Positions 38,565 to 48,189 of a DNA stretch of 54,210 bases are shown one piece after another. Every line of letters starts with the position of its first letter. The first letter of the stretch is position 1. This stretch comes from an uncultured Eubacteriales bacterium. Lineage in GTDB: Bacteria; Bacillota_I; Bacilli_A; RFN20; JAISJY01. The translations under genes and the position numbers were made by a program. The notes beneath the pieces are model-generated. The model saw only the letters and a program-made list of their open reading frames with translations. It was not told where the DNA came from and did no database searches. The DNA lies in NCBI GenBank assembly GCA_964646425.1, contig CAZYEI010000004.1:1-54210 (forward strand), written 5' to 3'.

Positions 38565-38987
38565 TTATTCTTCTTCGTTTGTATCATTTTCTTCATTTGC
38601 TAATACACTTTTAAACACGCTTTCAAGCAATGCTTTATTGCTTTCACCTTGAGGAACTAATACACCAACCAATTCTTTGTCATCACTATATACTTCATAT
38701 CGATTTGTTGTTTTCTTTTTGCCGTTATAATCAGTTGTTGTTGTACTTACTCTAAATAATTCTTTTTCTTTTTGTCCCATAAATACCATCGAAAGCACAT
38801 CGTACATTCCAATATCGCCTCTTGGGATATCTAATCTAATCGGTTTATCAATCGTTACTATTTCTTTTGTTCTATCATCAAATGTTTTGATTTTGATATT
38901 TACATAATAATTTGCGTAAAATTCCCCTTTATATTCTCTTATTTCTCTTGTTACTAATACTTTTTCCATTTTTTCAATTAATGCCAT
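38565..38987 (-). CDS. 140-aa protein; candidate ssDNA-binding protein
   Basis: First gene of the operon; beta-strand-rich pattern with acidic tail NEENDTNEEE; RBS GAAAGGA; function inferred only. Confidence 0.55.
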   Translation of the reverse strand: MALIEKMEKVLVTREIREYKGEFYANYYVNIKIKTFDDRTKEIVTIDKPIRLDIPRGDIGMYDVLSMVFMGQKEKELFRVSTTTTDYNGKKKTTNRYEVYSDDKELVGVLVPQGESNKALLESVFKSVLANEENDTNEEE

Positions 38988-39175
38988 TTTTCTATTTTTC
39001 CTTTCTATTCGATAATTTTGTTTTATTTTTTTATAATCAAATGAATACGTCCAATTCATTTATTATTTTGGAGGAGGGCTATACTTGAGAGTGTATAGCG
39101 ACTCATTGTAAGAAAATATAAAATAAAAATAGATGCATCACTTTCTTTAAGTGACACATCCATTGTAAAACAACA

Positions 39176-39201
39176 AATATATTAAAATGAAGAAAAAAAG
39201 T
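39176..39201 (+). repeat. Right flanking direct repeat
   Basis: Identical to 26583-26608. Confidence 0.93.
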
Positions 39202-39253
39202 TGTATTGCTTTAGATGTAAAAAAAATAATATAATAATATATGTATTAAAGGA

Positions 39254-40105
39254 ATGAATAATATGAAAATAAAGGCAAATGCTAAAATTAATCTTGGCTT
39301 ATTTATAACTGGAGTAGACAACAATAATTATCATCTTTTAGATGCTACAATGATACCAATATCTTTATATGATGAAATTGAAATCAATATTTTAAATAAA
39401 AATGAAGATTATATATATATAAAGAATATGGTACTTCCTAAAGACAATACTATTTCCAAATCGATTGAAGTATTAAGAGAATATTATAAGTTTAATGAAT
39501 GTTTTGAGATAATTGTTAATAAGAAAATACCTAGTGGTGCTGGATTAGGGGGAGGAAGCAGTGATGCTGCTTTTGTTATGCTGGCAATTATAAAACTTCT
39601 TAAATTAAACTATGATTTGGAAATATTAAAAAAATTAGCTCTTAAAGTAGGTGCAGATGTTCCTTTCTTTTTAATAAATGAACCTTGTAGAATGCAAGGG
39701 ATTGGAGATGTATTGATACCATTTAGATTAAAAAGGGATTATTCATTTTTGTTGATTAAGCCTTTATTTGGAATTAATACTAAAGAAGCTTATAAAAAAT
39801 ATGATGAATTAAGAAATTATAAAGAAAGTAATATAGATAATTTAGTTTCTTTATTAAAAGAAGGAAAAGAATTAAAAAATCTTTATAATGATTTGTGGCA
39901 AAGTGCTATAGTTTTACAACCGGAAATAAAAGAACTTGAAAAGAAAATAAAGATGTTAAATCCAAAGTTAATAACTATGAGTGGGAGTGGTTCAACATTA
40001 GTTGTTTATGATGATGAAGAAAAATTAAAGTATATTCAAGAAGAAATAGGAAAAGAAAAAAATCTTGAATTGTGTAAAATTGTAAATACCTTAGTAAAAA
40101 ACTAA
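39254..40105 (+). CDS. ispE: 4-diphosphocytidyl-2-C-methyl-D-erythritol kinase
   Basis: ANAKINLGL, KKIPSGAGLGGGSSDAA, GADVPFF, MSGSGST. Confidence 0.95.
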   Translation: MNNMKIKANAKINLGLFITGVDNNNYHLLDATMIPISLYDEIEINILNKNEDYIYIKNMVLPKDNTISKSIEVLREYYKFNECFEIIVNKKIPSGAGLGGGSSDAAFVMLAIIKLLKLNYDLEILKKLALKVGADVPFFLINEPCRMQGIGDVLIPFRLKRDYSFLLIKPLFGINTKEAYKKYDELRNYKESNIDNLVSLLKEGKELKNLYNDLWQSAIVLQPEIKELEKKIKMLNPKLITMSGSGSTLVVYDDEEKLKYIQEEIGKEKNLELCKIVNTLVKN

Positions 40106-40233
40106 TATCGAATTTGATATTAGTTTTTAATTTATAGATAAAATTTACAAAAAAGCTAGAAAAATAGCGAAAAATAATTGAAATAGACTATTGTTATTTG
40201 ATAGAATAAAGATAGTATGGAGGATTTATAAAC

Positions 40234-41199
40234 ATGAATAAAAACACAATTATCTTTGCTTTGACTGCAAATGTGGAAATGGCAAAAAGTATTGCTAAAG
40301 AATTAGATATTCCTTTAGGGGAATCGGAAGTTATTCACTTTGCTGATGGTGAAATTATCGTTGAAAATTTAACAACAGTTAGAGGAAAAAATGTCTATAT
40401 TATTCAATCAACATGTAATCCAGTTACTGATAGATTAATGGAATTGCTTGTTTTTATGGATGGATTAAAAAGAGCTTCTGCAAAAGAAATATGCGTAGTT
40501 ATGCCTTATTATGGATATGCTCGTCAAGATAGAAAAGCAAAAGCAAGAGAACCAATTACAGCAAGACTTGTTGCTGATATGTTAAAAGTTGCTGGTGCTG
40601 ATAGAATTATCGTTACAGATTTACACGCTCCACAAATTCAAGGCTTTTTCACATGTCCAGTAGATGATTTATCTGCAGTACCTTTGTTTGGTGATTATTT
40701 TAGAAATAAATTAAATGGAAAAGATATTGTGGTTGTTTCACCAGATCATGGTGGTGTTACAAGGGCTAGAAAATTAGCATCATTTTTAAATGATGCCCCA
40801 ATAGCGATTATTGACAAAAGAAGACCTCGCCCTAATATAGCTCAAGTTATGAATATTATCGGAGATGTAAAAGGAAAAGTTGCCATTATTGTTGATGACA
40901 TAGTAGATACTGCAGGAACATTAGTTTTAGGAGCTCAAGCTGTAAAAGATGCTGGAGCGACTGAAGTATATGCGGCAGTAAGTCACGGTGTATTATCAGG
41001 CCCTGCTATTGATAGAATTAAAAACTCATGTTTATCAAGTTTAGTTATTACAGATAGTATTCCTTTAACAGAAGAAAAGAAAATTGATAAAATTACTGTC
41101 TTAACAATTGCTCCAATGATTGCTAAAGTAATTGAATATATAGAAAAAGGAATATCATTGAGCATTGTTCATGATATGTATCATAAAAATAGAGGTTAA
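40234..41199 (+). CDS. prs: Ribose-phosphate pyrophosphokinase
   Basis: [33 protein letters not shown]. Confidence 0.97.
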   Translation: MNKNTIIFALTANVEMAKSIAKELDIPLGESEVIHFADGEIIVENLTTVRGKNVYIIQSTCNPVTDRLMELLVFMDGLKRASAKEICVVMPYYGYARQDRKAKAREPITARLVADMLKVAGADRIIVTDLHAPQIQGFFTCPVDDLSAVPLFGDYFRNKLNGKDIVVVSPDHGGVTRARKLASFLNDAPIAIIDKRRPRPNIAQVMNIIGDVKGKVAIIVDDIVDTAGTLVLGAQAVKDAGATEVYAAVSHGVLSGPAIDRIKNSCLSSLVITDSIPLTEEKKIDKITVLTIAPMIAKVIEYIEKGISLSIVHDMYHKNRG

Positions 41200-41351
41200 T
41201 AAAAAGTAAAAATGTAATTTGCAAGTCAAATTACATTTTTTTAGAATAAAATTAATTATTTTGCATATATTTTTAATTGGTGCTAAAATAAATATTGAAA
41301 AAGAAAGCGTTTTCATTTATAATATGTTTCCCTGTGAAAGGAGAGATTTAT

Positions 41352-42998
41352 ATGTTTACTATAAAATTAAATAATCAAACAATGGAGTTAGAAAAACCTA
41401 CAAGAGTTTTAGAATTAATTCCAAAAGGGAAAAATGATGTTTATGCATGTAAAGTAGATGGTAGACTTAGAGAGTTGCCTTTTATTTTAGATAGAGATTG
41501 TGTTGTTGAATTTCTTGGCTTGGATAATAATGATACAATGTTAATATATCAAAATGGATTAAGATATATTGTGTGCATGGCTTTTCATAATTTATATCCA
41601 GATGTTAAAATTGAATTTAATCAATTTATTTCTCAAAGTTTATCTATTCAATTATTTAATTACAAAGGTTCAATTGATCAAAATTTGTTAATAAAGATTA
41701 AAAATGAAATGCAAAGAATTATCGATGCAAATTATATGTTTAAAAAAAGAACAGTTTCGATTGAAGAAGCAATGGAAATCTTTGATGAAAATGGCTATGA
41801 GGATAAGAAAGAAGTTACTGCTTATCGCCCTGATAATAATGCTCATTTTTATGAATGCAATGGCTATATAAATTATATGTTTGGTTATATGGTGCCATCT
41901 ACTGGGTATTTAAAAAATTTTAATCTTTTATTATATTATCCATTAATTGTTTTGCAATATCCTAGAAGTGATGTTAATAAAGGAGAAATTCCATTATTTG
42001 AGGAAGAGCAAAAATTTTCGAGAGTGTTAAGAAAAGCTAATGAATGGGCTAAATTATGTGGAGCAGATACAATAGCCCATATTAATAAACATACTGAATC
42101 TACTGAGTTAGTTGATTTTGTTAATATGTGTGAAGCAAAGCATAATGCAATGCTATGTGAATTAGGTGATAGAATAGCTAAAGATATTAAAAATATAAGA
42201 TTAATAACAATAGCTGGACCATCTTCAAGTGGGAAAACAACTTTTTCAAATAGATTAAGAGTAGAATTATTAAATCGTGGTATTAAGCCAATTAGATTAT
42301 CAATTGATAATTACTATTTAGAAAGAGGAAAGGCTCCGTTAGATGAAGATGGAAAACCGGATTTAGAACATATTGAGGCATTAGATATAGATTTATTTAA
42401 TAAACAAATGTTGGCACTAATTCAAGGGCAAGAAGTAACATTACCTATTTTTAATTTTAAAACAGGAAAAAGAGAAAAAGGAGAAACTTTAAAAATATCA
42501 AGTGAAACTCCAATCATTTTAGAAGGTATTCATGCATTAAATGACCGTCTTACTTCTTTAATTCCTAAATATCAAAAATTTAAAATTTTTATAAGCCCTT
42601 CAAATCAAATTAAATTAGATGCTCATAATCCAATCAATTTATCAGATTTAAGATTAATTCGTCGATTGGTTAGAGATTATAAACATCGAGGTTCTGATGC
42701 CACTGAAACATTATCAATGTGGCCTAGCGTTCGAAAAGGAGAGTTTAAGTGGATTTATCCTCATCAAGATTCTGTTGATTATACTTTTAATTCGGAATTA
42801 AGTTATGAATTTGGTGTTCTGAAAAAATATGCGATGCCTATGTTAGAAGAAATTCCAAATGAAAGTCCATATTTTATTACTGCAAATAGATTAAAGAAAG
42901 TGTTAAAGTATTTTGTAGAAATAGATGATTCTTGGGTTCCTTGTAATTCATTATTAAGAGAATTTATCGGTGGTTCTTGTTTTGAATCATTAAAATAA
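41352..42998 (+). CDS. Nucleoside (uridine) kinase with ThrRS-like N-terminal domain
   Basis: IAGPSSSGKTT, LEGIHALN, RRLVRD; ATG 41352 follows AAGGAG. Confidence 0.85.
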   Translation: MFTIKLNNQTMELEKPTRVLELIPKGKNDVYACKVDGRLRELPFILDRDCVVEFLGLDNNDTMLIYQNGLRYIVCMAFHNLYPDVKIEFNQFISQSLSIQLFNYKGSIDQNLLIKIKNEMQRIIDANYMFKKRTVSIEEAMEIFDENGYEDKKEVTAYRPDNNAHFYECNGYINYMFGYMVPSTGYLKNFNLLLYYPLIVLQYPRSDVNKGEIPLFEEEQKFSRVLRKANEWAKLCGADTIAHINKHTESTELVDFVNMCEAKHNAMLCELGDRIAKDIKNIRLITIAGPSSSGKTTFSNRLRVELLNRGIKPIRLSIDNYYLERGKAPLDEDGKPDLEHIEALDIDLFNKQMLALIQGQEVTLPIFNFKTGKREKGETLKISSETPIILEGIHALNDRLTSLIPKYQKFKIFISPSNQIKLDAHNPINLSDLRLIRRLVRDYKHRGSDATETLSMWPSVRKGEFKWIYPHQDSVDYTFNSELSYEFGVLKKYAMPMLEEIPNESPYFITANRLKKVLKYFVEIDDSWVPCNSLLREFIGGSCFESLK

Positions 42999-43162
42999 AA
43001 ATTAAAATAAATCGATGGATATTTGTTCATCGATTTTATTTTTTACAGAATATTTACATAATAAAAATATTATTTTAACTTTAAAAAATTAAAATATATT
43101 CGTAACTTGAAGAAAATAATAATTAAGTTATACATCTAAATAATAAAAGGAGAATATAGTTT

Positions 43163-43460
43163 ATGATGGAATTTTTTAAGAAAGCATTTAATGATATGAA
43201 GGAAAATGCAAAGGCACAGCATGAAGTTGATAAGGAAAATTTTAATGCAGTAAGGGCAGAATCAAAAGCAAACTTTGAAGAAAATCGAGGAAAAAATACA
43301 TTAAAAAAAGCTAAAGAAAATGCTAAAAAGTGTTGGAATGATGCTCATATAAATACTGTTGAAAGAATTGCGAAAAATCGACAATAACAACAAATACAAA
43401 TTAAAGAAGCTAATAAAAGAAATTGCTGAAGAAAGAATAAATAGAATAAGAAGTAATTAA
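43163..43460 (+). pseudogene. Probably disrupted small coiled-coil protein gene
   Basis: 74-aa ORF stops at CAA-TAA-CAA while helical coding-like sequence (QQIQIKEANKR, EERINRIRSN) continues. Confidence 0.45.
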
Positions 43461-43560
43461 AAAAATTCTAAAAAAGAATATGTGGTCGGTCTTATAAAGA
43501 GATTGATTAATTTTATTATAAATACCTATTCTATTTTCATAAGTTAATTTTGATATAAAA

Positions 43561-43591
43561 AACCCCGTTTCTTGGAAATAGAAACGGGGTT
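43561..43591 (-). terminator. Terminator after trkH
   Basis: AACCCCGTTTC-9 nt-GAAACGGGGTT with adjacent A-run. Confidence 0.75.
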
Positions 43592-43613
43592 CAAATCATA
43601 AATAAATCTTTTT

Positions 43614-45083
43614 TTAATTTTTATTTGACCAAGCACTTGGTAAAAAAAGTACAAGCATTGGATATATTTCAAGTCTACCAATTAACATAGCTAACGACAG
43701 CATAAAGGTAGAGAAGTTATTAAAGATTGAGAAATTTCCCATTGGTCCAACTAAGTCACCTAAGCCAGGACCAATATTGTTAATACAAGAGGCAACTGCC
43801 GTAATATTAGTAGTAAAATCATATCCATTGGTAGAGATGATTAAAACGAATCCGGCAAATAGAAAAAATAATAAAGCAAAATATCTTGCTACACCTTTAA
43901 CAATACTACCATCAACTGGTGCTCCTTCAAAATTAATGTGTGCAATGCTATTGGGATGAATAAGTCTTTTTATTTCTCTTTTTAATGATTTAAAGATTAT
44001 TGCGATACGTGATACTTTAATTCCTCCAGCAGTAGAACCTGCACAGCCACCGATAAACATTAAAATAAATAAAATTGTTTGAGATAATGATGACCATTTA
44101 GTAAAATCCACATTTGAAAATCCGGTTGTTGTTATAATTGAAGATACTTGAAAGAAAGAATCTTTTAATGAATTTCCAATAGTGGTATAAGCTAAATTAA
44201 TATCAGTATAAATATCAATTGTGATAATTCCAACGCTTACTGCGATGATACCTAGATACCACCAAAGTTCTTCGCTTTTTAATGCTTGTTTAAATTTGCC
44301 AATAAGGATTAAATAAAATAAATTAAAGTTTATTCCAAATAATACCATAAAAATAGCAATAACTATTTGTGAATAAGTACTATAATATCCAACACTATTT
44401 CCTCGTATTCCAAATCCTCCAGTACCAGCAGTACCAATGGAATGGACAATGGCATCAAATAATGGCATTTTTGGATCTAATGCCAAAAATACTATCATTA
44501 TGATTGTCATTCCTAAATAAATAAGATAGAGAATACGGGCTGTTAATCTAATTTTTGAAACCAATTTACCTACTTGAGGTCCTGGTGATTCTGCTCGTAG
44601 AATATAGATGTTTTGACCATCTGATTTTGGTAGTACAGCTATGACGAATACTAATACTCCCATGCCACCTATCCAGTGGGTGAAACTACGCCAAAATAAG
44701 AAGCTTTTTCCACTTTCGTACCAACTATCAATATTTTCTACAATACTTGCACCTGTAGTGGTAAATCCCGAAACTGTTTCAAAAAATGCATCAAAGAAAT
44801 TAGGTATAAAACCACTAAGGATATAAGGTAAACAACCAAATAAGCTCATAATTATCCAAGATAAGCCAACAATAACTAATCCTTCTCTAGCGAAAATATT
44901 TGTTTTTTTAGGCTGTAAGGAAGATAATAGAGAACCGATGATAGCTAGTAAGACTATAGGAATTAGAAACGAAAGAAAAGAGCCTTCGTTATAAATGAAT
45001 GATATTATTAAAGGTAATATTAATAAAATTGCTTCAACTTTTAATAATTTACCAATAGTTTTTAAGACCATTTTATAGTTCAT
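43614..45083 (-). CDS. trkH: Trk potassium uptake membrane protein
   Basis: FETVSGFTTTGAS, WIGGMG, TTTGF, NNIGPGLG, IGRLEI. Confidence 0.94.
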   Translation of the reverse strand: MNYKMVLKTIGKLLKVEAILLILPLIISFIYNEGSFLSFLIPIVLLAIIGSLLSSLQPKKTNIFAREGLVIVGLSWIIMSLFGCLPYILSGFIPNFFDAFFETVSGFTTTGASIVENIDSWYESGKSFLFWRSFTHWIGGMGVLVFVIAVLPKSDGQNIYILRAESPGPQVGKLVSKIRLTARILYLIYLGMTIIMIVFLALDPKMPLFDAIVHSIGTAGTGGFGIRGNSVGYYSTYSQIVIAIFMVLFGINFNLFYLILIGKFKQALKSEELWWYLGIIAVSVGIITIDIYTDINLAYTTIGNSLKDSFFQVSSIITTTGFSNVDFTKWSSLSQTILFILMFIGGCAGSTAGGIKVSRIAIIFKSLKREIKRLIHPNSIAHINFEGAPVDGSIVKGVARYFALLFFLFAGFVLIISTNGYDFTTNITAVASCINNIGPGLGDLVGPMGNFSIFNNFSTFMLSLAMLIGRLEIYPMLVLFLPSAWSNKN

Positions 45084-45087
45084 AATA

Positions 45088-46443
45088 TTACTCCAAGATG
45101 TCATTTACATCTTTTATTAATGTATCTGTAGTTACAATAATTACACTATCAAGTGGTTCTAATGTATCTTTACCACTTGGGATAATTACTTTATTTTCTC
45201 TAATGATACAAGCTAGTAGATGATTATCTTTAATTTTTAAATCTTTAAGAGGAATTGAAGTATATTTAGTTGATTTGGAAATAAAGAATTCTAAGGCTTC
45301 TACTTTGTTTCCAACTAAACGATATAAGGTTTTAAATTCGCTTCCTCTTTTATTTTTGGCGCCACGGGCATATCTAATAACATGAGAAGAAAAAATGTTT
45401 TTTGGAGAAATAACGCTATCTAGACCAATACTATTTAGAATCAAGTCATAATTAGTATTATTAACTTTTGTTATAACTTTTGTACAATCTAAGTTTTTAG
45501 CAAAAGTAGAAATAATAATATTAGTTTCATCCATTCCGGTTAATGTAATTAAAGAGTCAACATTTTCAATACCTTCTTCTATTAATAGATTTTGATTTGT
45601 TCCATCACCATGAATCACCAATGCGTTTGGTAATAATTGACTTAAATTTCCACAAACTTCTTTATTTTTTTCAATTATTTTTACAGAAATACCATTTTCC
45701 AATAGTAAAGAAGCAAGGTAGTATGTTTTCTTTCCTCCACCAATAATTAAAGTAGATTTAAGTTTATTTTTAAATAATTTTAATTTTCTAAAGGCTGTAT
45801 TCAATTCTTTTGTACCTGCTGTTATATATACATAATCGCCTTCTTGCAAGATAAAATCCCCTTTAGGAATAATAACTTCATTATTTCTTTTAACGGCACA
45901 AACTAAAATTCGTACTTCATATTTATAGCGAAGTTCAATCAAGGATTTATTATTTAATAAAGAATCTTTTTCAATCTTGATTTCTACTAAATCTACTTTA
46001 CCATTTGCAAATGATTCAACTTTAAGGGCACTAGGAAATCTTAGAATACGGAAGATTTCTCGAGCAGTATCTAAATCTGGATTTAAAGTCATTGAAATAC
46101 CTAATTCATTTGTCATTAGTTGAGCTTGTAAAGCATATTCGGGATTTCTAATTCTTGCAATAGTTTGACGTACTCCAAGTTTTTTAGCAACAAGACAAGA
46201 AAGAATATTTACTTCATCTGTAGATGTTGTTGCTACAAATAAATCTGCTTTTCCAACAGAAACATTTTTTTGTGTAGTATAACTTGCTCCGTTACCACAA
46301 TATCCCATAACATCAAATTGATTGACAACATCTTCAATAACAGAAGCATTTTTATCAATAATGATAATATCATGATTTTCTTTTGAAAGATGTTCTGTTA
46401 ATTCTTTTCCGAATTTTCCAATACCAGCAATTACAATTTTCAT
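45088..46443 (-). CDS. trkA: Trk potassium uptake NAD-binding subunit
   Basis: Two RCK domains (IAGIGKFG, IIGGGK); start at MKIVIAG. Confidence 0.93.
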   Translation of the reverse strand: MKIVIAGIGKFGKELTEHLSKENHDIIIIDKNASVIEDVVNQFDVMGYCGNGASYTTQKNVSVGKADLFVATTSTDEVNILSCLVAKKLGVRQTIARIRNPEYALQAQLMTNELGISMTLNPDLDTAREIFRILRFPSALKVESFANGKVDLVEIKIEKDSLLNNKSLIELRYKYEVRILVCAVKRNNEVIIPKGDFILQEGDYVYITAGTKELNTAFRKLKLFKNKLKSTLIIGGGKKTYYLASLLLENGISVKIIEKNKEVCGNLSQLLPNALVIHGDGTNQNLLIEEGIENVDSLITLTGMDETNIIISTFAKNLDCTKVITKVNNTNYDLILNSIGLDSVISPKNIFSSHVIRYARGAKNKRGSEFKTLYRLVGNKVEALEFFISKSTKYTSIPLKDLKIKDNHLLACIIRENKVIIPSGKDTLEPLDSVIIVTTDTLIKDVNDILE

Positions 46444-46687
46444 AATATCGAATCTCCATTTTGCTAATGAATGTATCTTATCACATCTTGTTGTAATCTT
46501 CAATGAAATTAAAAATAGATTATTTACTATTTTGCACAAAAATTCTTATTAAATACTGACTACATTCTCGATAGATTAATTAAACTTACTTTTACATATT
46601 TTGATAAAATAAAACAATTAAAACTAAAATATAGAATTTAAAGTTATGACATGATATAATTACTAAAGTATTTTTAGGAGGGGTTTT

Positions 46688-48106
46688 ATGGAAAAAAGTT
46701 ATGATGTAATTATTGTAGGTGCTGGTCCAATGGGGATTTTTACAGCATATGAACTAGCGATGAAAGCTCCGTCTTTAAAAGTTTTGTTAATTGATAAAGG
46801 ACGTGATATTTACAAGAGAAGATGTCCTATTTTAGAAAAGAAGATAAAACAATGTCCAATAAATAAAACTGGAGAAAGTGGTTGTTTACCAAGTTGCTCT
46901 ATGACAAGCGGTTTTGGTGGCTGTGGTGCTTATTCTGATGGAAAATTTAATATCACTAGTGAATTTGGTGGCTGGATGACTGATTATCTAAGTGAAGAAA
47001 AGGTTATTGAATTAATTAAATATGTAGATTCAATTAATTTAAAGCATGGAGCTCCAGATGAAATCACTAATCCATATACAGAAAAGAATTTTGAGATTGA
47101 ACGTCGTGGTATGGCTGTTGGCTTAAAACTATTAAGAAGTGAAGTTAGACATTTAGGAACTGAAGTTAATTTAAATGTTTTAAAAAATATTTATGAAGAG
47201 TTGAAGTCAAAGGTTGATTATGCATTTTGCTCTAATGTAAAAGATGTATTGGTAGAACAAGGCGAAGTTAAAGGTGTTGTTTTAGAAGATGATTCTAAAA
47301 TCAGTGCTAAATATGTTGTGCTTGGCGTTGGTAGACCTGGCGCCCAATGGCAAGTAGATACATTGAGCAAACATGGTGTAAAGTATAAAAATAATCGTGT
47401 TGATATTGGTGTTAGAGTGGAAACAAGTAATGTTGTGATGGATGAAATCAATAAAAATTTATATGAAGGTAAATTTGTTTATAATACTAGTGTAGGTACT
47501 CAAGTTAGAACATTTTGTTCAAATCCTAGAGGTCATGTTGTAATTGAAAATCATCATGGTATTATGCTAGTTAATGGACATGCATATAATGATTCAAAAT
47601 TAGGAAGTCCTAATACAAATTTTGCTCTACTTGTATCACATGAATTTAGCGATCCATTTAGAGATTCAAATAAATATGCTGAAGTTGTTGCTAAACTTGC
47701 TAATAAACTAAGCGGAGGCGCTGTAATTGTTCAAAAATATGGCGATATTTTAAAGGGAAGAAGATCTACTGTAAAAAGAATTGATGAGGGTTTTGTAAAG
47801 CCAACATTAAAGGAAGCAGTCCCAGGAGATTTGGGTTTAATTTTGCCTTATGTTACAATGAAATCTCTGATTGAAATGATCCAAGCTCTTGATCATGTAA
47901 CACCAGGAATTGCCAGTGACCATACATTGTTTTATGGAGTAGAAGCTAAATTCTATTCTGATAGAATCGAAGTAAATAATAATTTTGAAACAAGCATCAA
48001 TAATTTATATGTAGGTGGAGATGGTGCTGGTATTACTAGAGGTTTAGCACAAGCTGGGGCTTGTGGCGTGCATATTGCTAGAGCAATTATTCAAAAAATA
48101 GGTTGA
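46688..48106 (+). CDS. FAD-dependent oxidoreductase
   Basis: IIVGAGPMG, GGCGAYSDGK, GDGAGITRGLAQA. Confidence 0.88.
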   Translation: MEKSYDVIIVGAGPMGIFTAYELAMKAPSLKVLLIDKGRDIYKRRCPILEKKIKQCPINKTGESGCLPSCSMTSGFGGCGAYSDGKFNITSEFGGWMTDYLSEEKVIELIKYVDSINLKHGAPDEITNPYTEKNFEIERRGMAVGLKLLRSEVRHLGTEVNLNVLKNIYEELKSKVDYAFCSNVKDVLVEQGEVKGVVLEDDSKISAKYVVLGVGRPGAQWQVDTLSKHGVKYKNNRVDIGVRVETSNVVMDEINKNLYEGKFVYNTSVGTQVRTFCSNPRGHVVIENHHGIMLVNGHAYNDSKLGSPNTNFALLVSHEFSDPFRDSNKYAEVVAKLANKLSGGAVIVQKYGDILKGRRSTVKRIDEGFVKPTLKEAVPGDLGLILPYVTMKSLIEMIQALDHVTPGIASDHTLFYGVEAKFYSDRIEVNNNFETSINNLYVGGDGAGITRGLAQAGACGVHIARAIIQKIG

Positions 48107-48189
48107 TTTTAAACTGCAAGTAAAACTTGCAGTTTTTACTTTGTTGTTAAATAATATTAAAAATGATATAATTATTTTTGCTTTAGGAG

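Larger units (their letters stand above)
26609..39175 (-). mobile_element. Integrated inovirus-like/non-lytic provirus mobilised by an IS481-type DDE transposase
   Basis: Flanking direct repeats, TG...CA degenerate inverted ends (13/24 ungapped), HUH Rep, Zot/pI-like ATPase, membrane proteins; interrupts the conserved yabG-ispE order. Confidence 0.82.
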
